Shown here: positions 30,044 to 40,906 of the stretch, in pieces
How the letters are laid out: every line of letters starts with the position of its first letter
How positions within the stretch are numbered: the first letter of the stretch is position 1
Assembly (NCBI GenBank): GCA_028280485.1
Contig: JANQLS010000062.1
Coordinates: 5,899 to 69,898 of the forward strand
Direction of reading: 5' to 3'
Origin: Planctomycetota bacterium
GTDB taxonomy: Bacteria > Planctomycetota > UBA8108 > JACQVS01
DNA length: 64,000 nucleotides
Translations under genes and position numbers: made by a program
The notes under the pieces: model-generated
What the model was told of the DNA's origin: nothing
What the model saw: only the letters and a program-made list of their open reading frames with translations
The model's database searches: none

Positions 30044-31554
30044 CGTGAATCTCTACGGTTCCTGGGTTTGGTGCTTTTCTTTTTGGTTCTCTTTTTCTTG
30101 GATTGAAATGAACCTCGTTGAGGCTTCTTACCTTTTTTAGACTTCTTGCTCGTTGATGATCCCCGCGAGGATGAAGATCTCTGAGAATCTTTTGAACCCC
30201 CTTTTCCCCGACGACCTAAACGGCGACGACGAGAACGCCAACCGCGACGTTTGGGGGGAGCGACCAGCACCTTGACGTAATCTCGACGCCACTCGGGAAT
30301 GAGATCGGTAGATTCTCCTTGAGATTCAAGATCGATCTCTAAAAAGTCTAAGGCTTCAGAAAGGTAAGTTTTCTTTTGGTAAGAAGGTATCAATTCACCC
30401 CGTTGAATACAGTAACGAAGCTTTCGGTAAGCGAGAAGAACTTGCGAGACTCTCTCTTGGTCACGCTTCGAAACTCGCATGCATTCACCGACGGATTCAT
30501 AGCCAGCTTGAAGTAATTTCCACACTCCTTTGGGATGGGCCTTAGAGCTAACCCAATTCTCTTCCTGAGGAATTAAAACCGTATGTAGCAGAACGCAAAG
30601 CATCACCGCATTGGTGTAGCGTTCAGCAGAAGATTCTTGAATTTTTTGATCGAGAACCTTTAAGCGATTCAGGAATGGATGCTCATCGCCCTTGTCTTTA
30701 ATTTGTTGGGCTAAACTCGGCAAGAAGGCGTCGAGCAATTCTGAATCGATGAGCTTGAGGAAAAACTTGTAACCACAACCTGAACGTAAATCTTTAAAGA
30801 TCTCCTCCATCAAGCGGGAGATATTCGTTTTTTGAATCTCGATTCGGTTACGTTGAATGCCTTCGAACGTCTCTTGCTCCACTTGAAAATCAGTTCGAGC
30901 GGCATGTCTCAAGGCGCGAATCATTCGAACGGGATCTTCTTGAAAGCTCGCATCGGGATCTTTGATGGTTCGGACGATTTGATTCTCGAGGTCTTCAACC
31001 CCGCCCACGTAATCGATGATGGAGAAGCTACCGATATCGTAGAACAAACCGTTGATGGTTAAATCTCGACGTTTGGCATCCTCTTCAGGACTGCCGTATT
31101 TGTTATCTAAGAGGATGACCGAGTCGTTTTTCTGAATGGCGTGAACTTCACCTTGCCTGAAGGTCGCCACTTCGATGATGTCTTCACCCGGAAAGTAAAT
31201 GTGGGCGATTCGAAAACGCCGGCCGATGATTCGACAGTTTTTAAAGAGCTTCTTGAGTTTAGAGGGCTTGGCATCCGTTCCGATGTCAAAGTCTTTGGGT
31301 GTCTTTCCCAAGTAAAGGTCTCTTACACCTCCTCCCACGAGGTAGCCTTTAAAACCCTTGTTGTGTAAACGGTAGAGGACTTTAAGTGCGCCCTTGGAGA
31401 TGCGGTCTCTCGATATATTGTGTTCTTGGCGAGAAAGAACTCTCGGGTTGCCCTGTAAATCTGCAGGCTCACTCTGTACCGGTCCCTCATTCCCTGGAGA
31501 TGAATCTTTCATCTCAGATTTTTGAGGGAAAGTAGATTCAGAGTCAGAATTCAC
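30040..31554 (-). CDS. pcnB: poly(A) polymerase I / tRNA nucleotidyltransferase family protein (PcnB-like) with Lys/Arg-rich C-terminal tail
   Basis: GYLVGGGVRDLYLGKTPKDFDIGTDA nucleotidyltransferase head. The ~80-aa basic tail (RRGWRSRRRRLGRRGKG...KKSKKGKKPQRG) is characteristic of PcnB. Confidence 0.75.
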   Translation of the reverse strand: MNSDSESTFPQKSEMKDSSPGNEGPVQSEPADLQGNPRVLSRQEHNISRDRISKGALKVLYRLHNKGFKGYLVGGGVRDLYLGKTPKDFDIGTDAKPSKLKKLFKNCRIIGRRFRIAHIYFPGEDIIEVATFRQGEVHAIQKNDSVILLDNKYGSPEEDAKRRDLTINGLFYDIGSFSIIDYVGGVEDLENQIVRTIKDPDASFQEDPVRMIRALRHAARTDFQVEQETFEGIQRNRIEIQKTNISRLMEEIFKDLRSGCGYKFFLKLIDSELLDAFLPSLAQQIKDKGDEHPFLNRLKVLDQKIQESSAERYTNAVMLCVLLHTVLIPQEENWVSSKAHPKGVWKLLQAGYESVGECMRVSKRDQERVSQVLLAYRKLRYCIQRGELIPSYQKKTYLSEALDFLEIDLESQGESTDLIPEWRRDYVKVLVAPPKRRGWRSRRRRLGRRGKGGSKDSQRSSSSRGSSTSKKSKKGKKPQRGSFQSKKKRTKKKSTKPRNRRDSR

Positions 31555-34223
31555 TTAATCAACCTGCTATTAATGGGGGCTTGGAACTCCCGAAGGAATT
31601 TGTGGTAAAAAGAAACTGATTTTAAAGTCGCGCTGTCGTTATCGAAGTTACTCTCAGTAAAACATACGCCTTCAGTTCCGATAATAAACCAAAGTAACAG
31701 TATGTTCTGGAATAATTTCATAGGCGTCGAATATCCCTTCAATCCGCCTTAAGGAGAGAAGATCCTTCACTTCATTCACTTTGTTAAAAAAAGGTAGCCT
31801 CATCGTTGTTGAATCTGGCTGAAAAACGTGAACTTAAGGAACGAATTCACCCGTTAATCAAAACGATTTCAGAAGAGGAGTGAGAATACTTTTCTTAAAT
31901 GAACCTTTTGACCGGCAAGAAAATACCATAAGCATCCGTGGTTCTCAAGCTCGCCACGCGATGTGAGAAAATGATTTTTTTCATAAGTCTAAATTGTATC
32001 GAGGTCCGGAAATAAATTCTAGGAGTGATGCTTGACGTGACAACATATTGTAGTAGGTTGGCTGTTCACATGAGACATATTGTGGTTTACCCGAATTCAG
32101 ATTCATTTTCGTTTCATTCTTCTGAACTATTCTGAATCGGTATTATCGCTACCCTGGTCAGGAAACTCACCCCGGTAACAACGGTCTTAAAAATGGCATC
32201 TAAACGGGAAATTCTCCAGTAAAGACGCCTTATTCCGCCCAATCCGGCGGGGACCCAACAGGCTGAGACCTAAACAGACTGAGTCCTAAACAGACCGGGA
32301 TCGATCGAGGCGGGTAGGCCATTGTGTCGCATGGCTGAAGAGGTCATTTTTCCAGGCACTCCTGGGAAAATTTCTTTCAGCATCTTTAAAAAAGAAGAGT
32401 CAATGGACGAACAGGCCTTCAAGAAGAGCAGGCCCATTGGAAGAAGAAATAGAGGAGAATCAAAAGGTCTTTCAAAAGTCCTCAGCACCCTGAAGACTTT
32501 GAAGGATGACCGACCGACTCAATCACGGTCCAAAGAGAAAAGAAGCCCAAAAGAGAAAATACGTTAGAGAAACGTACCAGCAGGCCCTACCCACAAGATA
32601 CATATTTCATAATATCCGGGAAGGTCTCTGGAGAGAACAACGAGGTTTTAACCTATTTAAGGTCATCATTCACTTTAGACTCATTTAACGACTGGCGTGG
32701 GAGATTCATCTCCTCGGTCAGATCTAAAGTGCTCACCCCGACCAGAGTTCTTTTTTACTCGCCTTCTACAGCCGAATTTCTGGCTGCCTCTCAGGTCCCA
32801 TTGTTCAGATCCTATGATTTGACTGAACGGTGTTTGAGTTCAAGACGTCCGATCTCAAGAAGATCCCTTGCCTTCGCCTCATTCTTCTCGCCAAGCCGCC
32901 TCTTCACTTCAGCCAAGTTCTTGAAAGACGAACTCTTCAATGACGAGTCCTCAGAAAAACTGGGCCTTTATGGGTTTCGGTCTTGTGTCTTTCACTTGGG
33001 GATTGGTGAAAGATGGTTTTAGGCATTAACGCATTTTATGAGTCTCTGTAATTCAACAGAAACTCATTGGAGTGTGTTGGAAGAAGCTCCTACGGAGCAG
33101 GTTTCAACCCGTTCTAGTCAATCAAAGATGTGCTTTCACTCTGCTAATAGTGTTAGAAGCAAAAGCCTTACCGTTTAGAGAAAGGGGAATTTAAAGATTA
33201 AAGGAATTCAGAATTTCGTTCAGTAAGCTTTGTAGAGGGGGATAGCTAAGATTCGGGCGGTGTCACACTTCCCAATAGAGTTGAAGCCCCTTTAATAAGT
33301 GTCCTGATGATCACAAGCAGTGATGATCGGAATCTGAATGTTCGACTTTGAAGTCGTGATAAGCGGGGGAGGTCCATCCCCTAAATACTGTATTCGCTCA
33401 TGATTAAATCCTGCGGCTGCTATCGATTCCTGGTACGGGCATTGATAAGCGCGGATTTAAGCGAGCGGGCCTTCGAGGAGCAGCAAAAGTTCACTTTTGT
33501 TGTGAAGGCAAGGCACTACCGACGATTTAGATGATGATGCTTCATTCGTCGAGTGCTGGTGGCCGACTATCTCCTGATTTTTATCTACGACGAAAATTCA
33601 AACAAAGTTGAATATTGGAAAAGACATCAAGCTCAACCTCACTGAACTTCACCGAGAAGAACTCCTGATAAGCTGATCGTTGAACACCAACATCAAAAGC
33701 AGGGGTCTTCAAAGAAAAGTTACTGAATTCCGCCCAAAAGAGAGATTGAAGAGAAACAGATCGATTCTTCGGATCATTTCACCCTGACCAAGCTCTCTCA
33801 TAATTCCAATTAATTTTGAGAGAAGCTTGTAGAGCCTCCTACCAAACCCGGTGAAAATAATCTTTACCACCGGATGTTGAACCCTCCGAAAGGAGGGCCT
33901 GGAACTTCGCCCGATTTTTTTCGAGCGCAGCAGGGCTCTCGGCACCCCTGATGCCAAAGTGAACGGATCCCTCCCGTCTCCAAGATATTTGACTCAGAGA
34001 TACTTGATTCAAATATCCATGGGAGCCACGATTCGAGAGCCACTGAAGCCCACTCTCCAGTGAGTTTTTTTCTCTTCTTTTTCCTCGAAGCTGAGCGACC
34101 CATCAACGGCTGCAACTGAGCGATAACGCCTCCTGAGCCGGGGATCTCTCTCTAAACTCAAAAACACGATGGTTCAATGAGTTTATTAAGGTGTTAAAGG
34201 ATAGATAACTCAAGGGATAGATG

Positions 34224-34239
34224 AGAACACGAATGTTCT
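34224..34239. promoter_or_regulatory. Perfect 16-bp palindrome AGAACAcgaaTGTTCT 40 bp upstream of the nrdJ ORF start; candidate operator
   Basis: Read from the sequence. It has GAAC-N6-GTTC architecture, reminiscent of LexA/NrdR-type dyad operators, but its identity is unknown. Confidence 0.25.
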
Positions 34240-34279
34240 AGTCTTTGGATAAGGTGAAAAGGTGAAGGGTAAGTAGATT

Positions 34280-37200
34280 ATGGTTTTCGATTTAGAATCA
34301 AACGTAGGGCCCACAGGAAATTCTAAAGAACTCCCATTCCCCAACCCCGCTTCGAATCAAGGAAGCAATGGATCAGGAGCCAGCCACATGGCAGCTAAAT
34401 CAAATTCGCAGAATGACGCAGTCCATGGCACGAATAGTAATAAGGGTGCGGGCAACAGCAATGGTGTAGGCAGTACAGGAGTCCTCAGCGACACGAACTC
34501 AGCGACCGACTTCTCCTCCCGTACGACACGCCCTCCGATTACCAGCAGCCATTCGGGTTCTGCTCCAGCAACCCCGTCTGCATCACCCCCATCTCCCTCA
34601 CCACAGGGACGCGGGATGGGCTTAGATATTCAACGCCACTTCACCTTGGATGAAAACGGGGGCCCCTTCAATCCTTACCAAGCTGTCCGCTGGGCTCTGA
34701 GATCCACGAAGATCACCAATCCCGATGGAAGTGTCGTCTTCGAAGCTGATGACATCGAAGTCCCCGAAGACTGGTCTCAAGTTGCCGTCGACATCATGGC
34801 TTCTAAATACCTCCGTAAAGCAGGAGTTCCCGTCCTCGACGAAAACGGCGCGCCCGTCCTCGATGAAAACGGCCAACCTCAAACCACTCAAGAAACCAGC
34901 GTCCGACAGGTCGTTCATCGTCTCGTTCACTGCTGGAGACACTGGGGAGAATCCTACGGTTACTTCTCTTCACCTGAGGCCGCCGACAACTTCGAGCTCG
35001 AACTCGCTCATATGCTCCTCCATCAGATGGCTGCCCCCAACTCACCTCAGTGGTTCAACACCGGCCTTCACCAAGTTTATGGAGTCAACGGACCTTCCCA
35101 GGGTCACTTTTACGTCGACCCGACGACCGAAGAACTCAAAAAATCAGTCGACGCCTACAGTCGCCCTCAACCTCACGCATGCTTTATTCAGTCGGTTTCC
35201 GATGACCTCGTCAACGAAGGCGGGATCATGGATCTCTGGACTCGCGAAGCTCGCTTGTTCAAGTATGGCTCCGGAACGGGAACCAATTTCTCTGGCTTGA
35301 GAGGTGAAGGTGAACCTCTGTCAGGTGGGGGAGTCAGCTCCGGCTTGATGTCGTTCTTAAAAATTGGTGACCGCGCTGCCGGCGCGATCAAAAGCGGAGG
35401 AACGACCCGACGTGCCGCTAAGATGGTCTGCCTCGATCTCGACCACCCCGACATCGAAGGCTTTATTTCTTGGAAAGCTCAAGAAGAGCGCAAAGTCCAA
35501 GCTATGATCGATGCCGGTTACGCCTCTGACTTTAACGGCGAAGCCTACGCCACGGTCTCCGGCCAAAATTCAAACAACTCGGTTCGTATCCCCGACAACT
35601 TCTTCCGTTCTTTGGAAAAGGATGGAGACTGGAATTTAACCTGGCGTACCGACGGCTCGGTCTGTAAAACGCTTCCCGCCAAAGATCTTTGGAAAAATAT
35701 CTGTGAAGCTGCCTGGAGTTGCGCTGATCCGGGAGTTCAATACGACACCACGATCAACGATTGGCACACCTGCCCCCAAGACGGAAAAATCAACGCCTCC
35801 AATCCCTGCTCAGAATACATGTTCCTCGACGATACCGCCTGTAACTTGGCTTCGTTGAACCTCATGAAATTCTACGATGACCAGACGGACACCTTCGATA
35901 TTCAGTCTTACACTCACGCGATTCGCCTCTGGACGATCGTTTTGGAAGTCAGTGTGTTGATGGCTCAATTCCCCAGTGAACCGATCGCTACCAAAAGTTA
36001 CGAATACAGAACTTTAGGATTGGGATACGCCAACCTCGGTACCCTTCTCATGGTGAAAGGGCTCCCTTACGACAGCCCCCAAGGACGCGCACTTTGTGCA
36101 TCTTTAACTTCGATTCTCACCGGAGAATCTTACGCGACTTCAGCCGAGATGGCGCGCGAGCTCGGTCCCTTCCCGGCCTTCGGGCGCAACCGCAACGACA
36201 TGCTGCGCGTGATTCGCAACCATCGCCGAGCTGCCTACAACGCTAGCCCCGACGAATACGAAAAGCTCTCGATCTCGCCTCAAGGAATCGACCAAGAATT
36301 GGCTCCCGGCAGTCTTTTAGACGCTGCGAAAACCTCTTGGGATCGCGCTTTGGAACTCGGTGAAAAATTCGGTTACCGAAACGCTCAAGCCACCGTGATC
36401 GCCCCGACCGGAACGATCGGTTTACTGATGGACTGCGACACCACCGGAATCGAACCTGATTACTCATTGGTCAAGTTCAAGAAACTCGCTGGTGGTGGCT
36501 ACTTCAAAATCGTGAACAATTCGGTCGAAAAAGCCCTGCGTCACTTTGGCTACAACGATAGCCAAATCCAAGAGATCATCGAATATCTCAAGGGAACGAA
36601 TCGCTTCGCCCAAGACGGTGGCCCCGGCGAAATTCACCGAACTTCTCTGATGGCAAAAGGTTTAACCTCGGAAGATCTCGATTCGATCGAATCGAACCTC
36701 CCCATGAACTTCGACCTTCATTCAGCCGTATCTCCCTGGAACATCAAAGAAGGAACCCTGAAGAACCTCGAAATCAGTTCTGAAGAGTCCTCCAAACCTT
36801 CATTCAATCTCCTCAAGGCTCTCGGTTTCAACCAGGATGCGATCGATCGGGCGAACGACGTCATCTGCGGTCGCCAAACCTTGGAAGGTGCTCCTTACCT
36901 CACTGAAGACCAAGTCGAAGTGTTCGATTGCGCTAACCGTTGCGGTAAGCACGGTAAACGATTTATCGCTCCCTTGGGTCACGTGAGAATGATGGGCGCC
37001 GCCCAGCCTTTCATCAGTGGTGCGATCTCCAAAACGATCAACCTTCCCAACGAAGCGACCGTTGAAGGTATCAGCGATGCCTACCGTGAAAGTTGGCGCT
37101 TGGGACTGAAAGCTAACGCCCTCTATCGTGACGGTTGTAAGCTCTCTCAACCCCTCTCTTCTCAATCGGATGATTCCGAATCAGAAGATGCCACCCAGAC

Positions 37201-37915
37201 AACGGGTGAGACCTCTTCGAGTTCATTCAAGCCGATGCGCCGCCCTCTTCCTTCACTGAGAATGGGCTTTACCCAAGAAGCGAGAGTGGGGGGACACAAG
37301 GTTTACCTCCGCACGGGTAACTACGAAGATGGAGCCCTGGGCGAGATCTTTATCGATATGCATAAAGAAGGTGCCGCGTTCCGAGGCGTCATGAACTGTT
37401 TCGCTATCGCGATTTCGAAGGGCTTACAGTACGGGGTTCCGCTGGAGGAATTCGTCGACACCTTCACCTTCACTCGGTTCTCACCCTCGGGTATGGTTCA
37501 AGACCAAGAAAATGTGAAGATGGCAACTTCGATCCTCGACTACGTCTTCAGAGTTTTAGGCATCAAATATCTGGATCGTCACGATCTGGCTCACGTCAAA
37601 CCCAGTGAGTTCAACGCTGATGATCCCTCTGAAAGCCATCTGCAAGCTTCTTCCGGACAAGCTTCTTCCGGAAATAGCACCACTCCGACTCAGGCCTCAC
37701 CTCAAGCCTCCATGGCGAGTCCGCCGGCCGTTCCTGCGAGTCACGCCCAAGAGTTAGCTGATCCTACCGCCTCAAGCGATGAATCTGCCGCCAACCGACA
37801 GATGGCGGAATTTATGGGGGATGCCCCTCCCTGTGAAGTTTGTGGTCACATCACCGTGAGAAACGGAGCTTGCTACAAATGTCTCAACTGCGGAACTTCC
37901 GCCGGTTGTTCGTAA
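34280..37915 (+). CDS. nrdJ: Adenosylcobalamin-dependent (class II) ribonucleoside-diphosphate/triphosphate reductase with low-complexity N-terminal extension and C-terminal Cys4 zinc ribbon
   Basis: [11 protein letters not shown]...[31 protein letters not shown] catalytic-core motifs. C-terminus [21 protein letters not shown]. An alternative start at ATG 34616 ([10 protein letters not shown]) would drop the S/N/G/P-rich first 112 residues. Confidence 0.85.
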   Translation: MVFDLESNVGPTGNSKELPFPNPASNQGSNGSGASHMAAKSNSQNDAVHGTNSNKGAGNSNGVGSTGVLSDTNSATDFSSRTTRPPITSSHSGSAPATPSASPPSPSPQGRGMGLDIQRHFTLDENGGPFNPYQAVRWALRSTKITNPDGSVVFEADDIEVPEDWSQVAVDIMASKYLRKAGVPVLDENGAPVLDENGQPQTTQETSVRQVVHRLVHCWRHWGESYGYFSSPEAADNFELELAHMLLHQMAAPNSPQWFNTGLHQVYGVNGPSQGHFYVDPTTEELKKSVDAYSRPQPHACFIQSVSDDLVNEGGIMDLWTREARLFKYGSGTGTNFSGLRGEGEPLSGGGVSSGLMSFLKIGDRAAGAIKSGGTTRRAAKMVCLDLDHPDIEGFISWKAQEERKVQAMIDAGYASDFNGEAYATVSGQNSNNSVRIPDNFFRSLEKDGDWNLTWRTDGSVCKTLPAKDLWKNICEAAWSCADPGVQYDTTINDWHTCPQDGKINASNPCSEYMFLDDTACNLASLNLMKFYDDQTDTFDIQSYTHAIRLWTIVLEVSVLMAQFPSEPIATKSYEYRTLGLGYANLGTLLMVKGLPYDSPQGRALCASLTSILTGESYATSAEMARELGPFPAFGRNRNDMLRVIRNHRRAAYNASPDEYEKLSISPQGIDQELAPGSLLDAAKTSWDRALELGEKFGYRNAQATVIAPTGTIGLLMDCDTTGIEPDYSLVKFKKLAGGGYFKIVNNSVEKALRHFGYNDSQIQEIIEYLKGTNRFAQDGGPGEIHRTSLMAKGLTSEDLDSIESNLPMNFDLHSAVSPWNIKEGTLKNLEISSEESSKPSFNLLKALGFNQDAIDRANDVICGRQTLEGAPYLTEDQVEVFDCANRCGKHGKRFIAPLGHVRMMGAAQPFISGAISKTINLPNEATVEGISDAYRESWRLGLKANALYRDGCKLSQPLSSQSDDSESEDATQTTGETSSSSFKPMRRPLPSLRMGFTQEARVGGHKVYLRTGNYEDGALGEIFIDMHKEGAAFRGVMNCFAIAISKGLQYGVPLEEFVDTFTFTRFSPSGMVQDQENVKMATSILDYVFRVLGIKYLDRHDLAHVKPSEFNADDPSESHLQASSGQASSGNSTTPTQASPQASMASPPAVPASHAQELADPTASSDESAANRQMAEFMGDAPPCEVCGHITVRNGACYKCLNCGTSAGCS

Positions 37916-37948
37916 CGCTCCCGGAAATCACATTAAAAACATAAAAAA

Positions 37949-37980
37949 AGCGCTCCTCATTCAGAGGAGCGCTTTTTTTC
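37949..37980 (+). terminator. Rho-independent terminator of nrdJ
   Basis: agcgctcctc-attca-gaggagcgct hairpin followed by TTTTTTT, 34 nt after the stop codon. Confidence 0.8.
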
Positions 37981-38196
37981 TTAGGTAATCGGTTCAAAGT
38001 AATCCGCACATACTTATTCCAAGCGCGAAGCGTAAGCGAGTGCCATGCGTTTAACTCATCATCGAGGCTTGTGATGGATTTCAGTTCGGCGTGAAACCTG
38101 GTTTTTGGGTTAGTTTGATTTTATTTACGTTGCGGCTTGCCAACCCTCGTTGACACTTCGGGCTTGAAATTGATCACTAAGTGATTCATTGGGCTA

Positions 38197-38958
38197 CTAA
38201 CCCCGCTTCACCGCGTCCTCAAAATCCGGGATCAAATTTAACAAGCCCACTCGGCCGCCTTCCTTTTCCTCTTCCTCATCCACCAAGATGTGATCTGGGA
38301 TCAGCCCCTTTCCCACATCGTTATACAAACTGTGGCAGAAGTCAGCCAGAGGATCCGGATGGGGAGACGTAATACTCGCGCAATAAAAGCGCTCTAATTG
38401 CTGACAGGCGTAATCGTAAGTTTCCTCCAAGCTGACTTGAAGCTTTCCTAAGCGCTCAAAGTTCATCGAAATCGCACAAGGGGGATCGAGTGTAAATTCT
38501 TCAAGCAGAGCTCCGTAATTTTTAAGCTGAGAACACTCTGGACCCACTTCAAGAGGTTTATCCCGACCTTTTTCGCTCTTTCTCACCTCTAAGGAGCACT
38601 GCTCAAATACGTAAAAGCTTTCGATGTTTCCACTGATTTCTCGGCAGCTTTCAAGAAGCTGGGCCGTCACGCCCAGTACCTCTAATTGATTTCGAGCCCC
38701 GACCAAGAGGTTGCAGCCCAAAATTAACTGTTGGCATCCATAGAGAATGGAGCCTCCACCGATAGCCGCTGGTTCAATCAGAACGGGATGGACTTCGTGG
38801 AGCGCCAGTAATTGTCGAAAGACCGTCTGGAAAGCATTCTTTGGATTGGCTTGAAGCACGACGGGTGCATCGAGCCCCGGCTCTAGGAGGTGCCGATTGG
38901 GGAAGAACAGGAACTGCTGCTTAGAAGGATCCACCGGATCGTTTGGATTATCGATCAT
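38197..38958 (-). CDS. Hypothetical Cys-rich protein (253 aa), apparently co-transcribed with the upstream methyltransferase gene
   Basis: Long ORF with a 26-nt gap to the upstream gene. It has 10 Cys and I do not recognise a family. Confidence 0.5.
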   Translation of the reverse strand: MIDNPNDPVDPSKQQFLFFPNRHLLEPGLDAPVVLQANPKNAFQTVFRQLLALHEVHPVLIEPAAIGGGSILYGCQQLILGCNLLVGARNQLEVLGVTAQLLESCREISGNIESFYVFEQCSLEVRKSEKGRDKPLEVGPECSQLKNYGALLEEFTLDPPCAISMNFERLGKLQVSLEETYDYACQQLERFYCASITSPHPDPLADFCHSLYNDVGKGLIPDHILVDEEEEKEGGRVGLLNLIPDFEDAVKRG

Positions 38959-38984
38959 GCTTTTAATGGGGGTAAGGTCTTTAT

Positions 38985-39656
38985 TCAGGAAGTTAAACCA
39001 CCTATGACCGCAACGTGGCGATCCGATATAACTTGAACCTTGACGTCAAATCCTCCGACAAACTCGATTTGCTGACGGATTTCCTCAACTGTAAAGGCGG
39101 AATAGAGTGATTGCTCAAAGAGCTCTTTGAGCAATTTACTCTCTCGACCGCAGTGCCGCTTCACTAAATCTCGAATTTCACGAGAAGAACTGGGACGAAA
39201 GAGATCTTGGACTACCATCAATCCGTCAGCTCTCAAAAGATGCTTCGATGCCTCCCACAAGGAGAGAGGATCGGGCAAATGATGAAGTAAACTGTTTGAA
39301 AAAACTAAATTAAATCGCCCTAAACCCCGGGGAATGGACTGAATTTTGGCCTCTAAGGTTTCAATATTCTTAGTGAGCTTTGCTTTTCGAATGTTCTCTT
39401 TCGCCTTCTTGAGCATCCGAGGACCGGCATCCATAGCCACGACCCGCCATCCGGGGGCTAAACGACAGAGCTCAAGGGGAATGGAGGCTGGCCCCGTCCC
39501 GAGATCGATAGCCTTTCCTACGGGGCCCGCTAAAGCGATCAACCGCTGGGCGAGTTGGCGATTGACCTCGCTGAAATCACTCTCATCGTAAGCTTGGACT
39601 TCGCGGGGATCGTCCATCAATTCAGGTTCAGGTAAACGCGGGATCCAAGATTTCAT
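38985..39656 (-). CDS. class I SAM-dependent methyltransferase
   Basis: Rossmann motif I AIDLGTGPASIPLEL; post-I acidic residue VVAMDAGPRM; motif IV-like LVFSNSLLHHLPDP. Confidence 0.75.
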   Translation of the reverse strand: MKSWIPRLPEPELMDDPREVQAYDESDFSEVNRQLAQRLIALAGPVGKAIDLGTGPASIPLELCRLAPGWRVVAMDAGPRMLKKAKENIRKAKLTKNIETLEAKIQSIPRGLGRFNLVFSNSLLHHLPDPLSLWEASKHLLRADGLMVVQDLFRPSSSREIRDLVKRHCGRESKLLKELFEQSLYSAFTVEEIRQQIEFVGGFDVKVQVISDRHVAVIGGLTS

Positions 39657-39835
39657 GATTTAAGAATAGGTTTGTTCATTAGTAAGAAGTTCTAACGGTA
39701 TCGATGAGAAGCTCAGCGATTACAAAGTAAGGGGAAAACCCTATCACGCACGTGTAGGTAACTCCATCAATCTTTTTATAGTAGTCGGCTCAAGGTAGTC
39801 CACACACGCTGAGGCTGTGAGATTTTTCGAAATAC

Positions 39836-39968
39836 ATTAGTAAGCCCGGAGCGTAGGCGACGGGATACGTCATTGCGATGAATCCGCATAGGTACGTCCT
39901 CAGGGATTAAATTCCCACCCACGCATTACTTTAGCATTGTCCCGTCGCTTACGCTCCGGGCTTATTGA
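39836..39968. repeat. Palindromic element copy 6 (subfamily B). Its arms are attagtaagcccggagcgtaggcgacggga / tcccgtcgcttacgctccgggcttattga.
   Basis: Lies in the 1.25-kb intergenic region upstream of the A2M gene. Its centre is a unique ~75-bp sequence. Confidence 0.8.
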
Positions 39969-40906
39969 TATTGATTCTTAACTCTTTAACCTATTTTCCC
40001 AATGAACTGATTCCCATCACAAGCCTTGATTTTAAGTCAAACGCGTGGCACCCGCTAAGGCTTCGTGCGAGGAATGAGATATTGAAATACTGTTCCGGCT
40101 CACGGGATCAGCTGACTACTTTGCAACGTTTACCCGTAGTTATTTCAAAAAATCTGAATCATAAGTGAACCTAAAAAAATATCGACATCCTATAAAGTTA
40201 ACTCTTTAACGAAGCCGAAAATGACATCGTTTTAAGAAATAAAAACTTACGTCATCAATTGAGCGTTTCGGAATCGAACGCTTAAACCGAACTCATTTTT
40301 TGACATTGAAACAGAACGAAATAACGTTAGGATCTTTTTTGTGAAGTGAAGAGAAGGGTCTCCCTCCAGTCACCTTCTCACCTTGCTATGCTTATATTTT
40401 GTTTCTGTTCATCAATAGGAACAAATTCGTGCGCCAGTAAGAGAACGCACAAAAGCACCCGTGCTCATTTGCACATCCTATTAGATTTACTTTGTAGATT
40501 TCTCACCCCGCTTTGTGAGTCACAGCTCAGCTTGTGCCTCGTATTGATAGTTTTTTGGTGAGTTACTCCATAGTTGTCTACAAACACGCATTTTTTCTAG
40601 CTAAGTCTCTTTGCCAGTCTCTTCGTCTACGCTGTCTTGGTAGGCACTGCTTTCGCTGGCTGATCTGCTGATCTATTGTCAATAAGGCAGCTAAAGCTGC
40701 ACTTAGCGATATTCGTATCTGTATTTCCGTTCTCCGCCCGGATCTACCCAAGAAGGGCTTGAGTGCTCACAACTGAGGCTCGAAATCCATCTCAGGAGAT
40801 CCCATTGGACTGAGGGGGGATAGGCACATGTCTATCGTCGTTCTATCCCCCCAAAGCCCATATTTCGAAGAAGATTGAAGATTGAATTTCAGAGGAGTGA
40901 GCTCTC

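Noticed and set aside
33830-34080. Cobalamin riboswitch upstream of nrdJ (GCCACTG B12-box-like string and a ccggtg...caccgg hairpin are present)
   Set aside because: The surrounding conserved elements of the AdoCbl riboswitch core are not present in the right order. NrdJ itself is B12-dependent, so repression by B12 would be biologically unexpected.
32270-34115. Short ORFs in the nrdJ upstream gap (e.g. 32322..32567 Lys-rich 81 aa; 32729..33022)
   Set aside because: No RBS, no recognisable motifs, and they overlap one another on both strands. They may be non-coding. The region is kept as a finding, not as CDS.
31555-34279. RNase P RNA, tmRNA, SRP RNA or 6S RNA in the large gap
   Set aside because: No conserved signature strings (e.g. 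the rnpB GGAAAGTCCGGGCTCC core, or the tmRNA tRNA-like 3' end) were found by eye. This cannot be fully excluded without a covariance-model search.
8062-39968. Integron attC sites / gene-cassette array
   Set aside because: No intI integrase or attI. The elements are dispersed among conserved housekeeping genes in mixed orientations rather than in a same-orientation cassette array. The R' core GTTRRRY is not consistently present.
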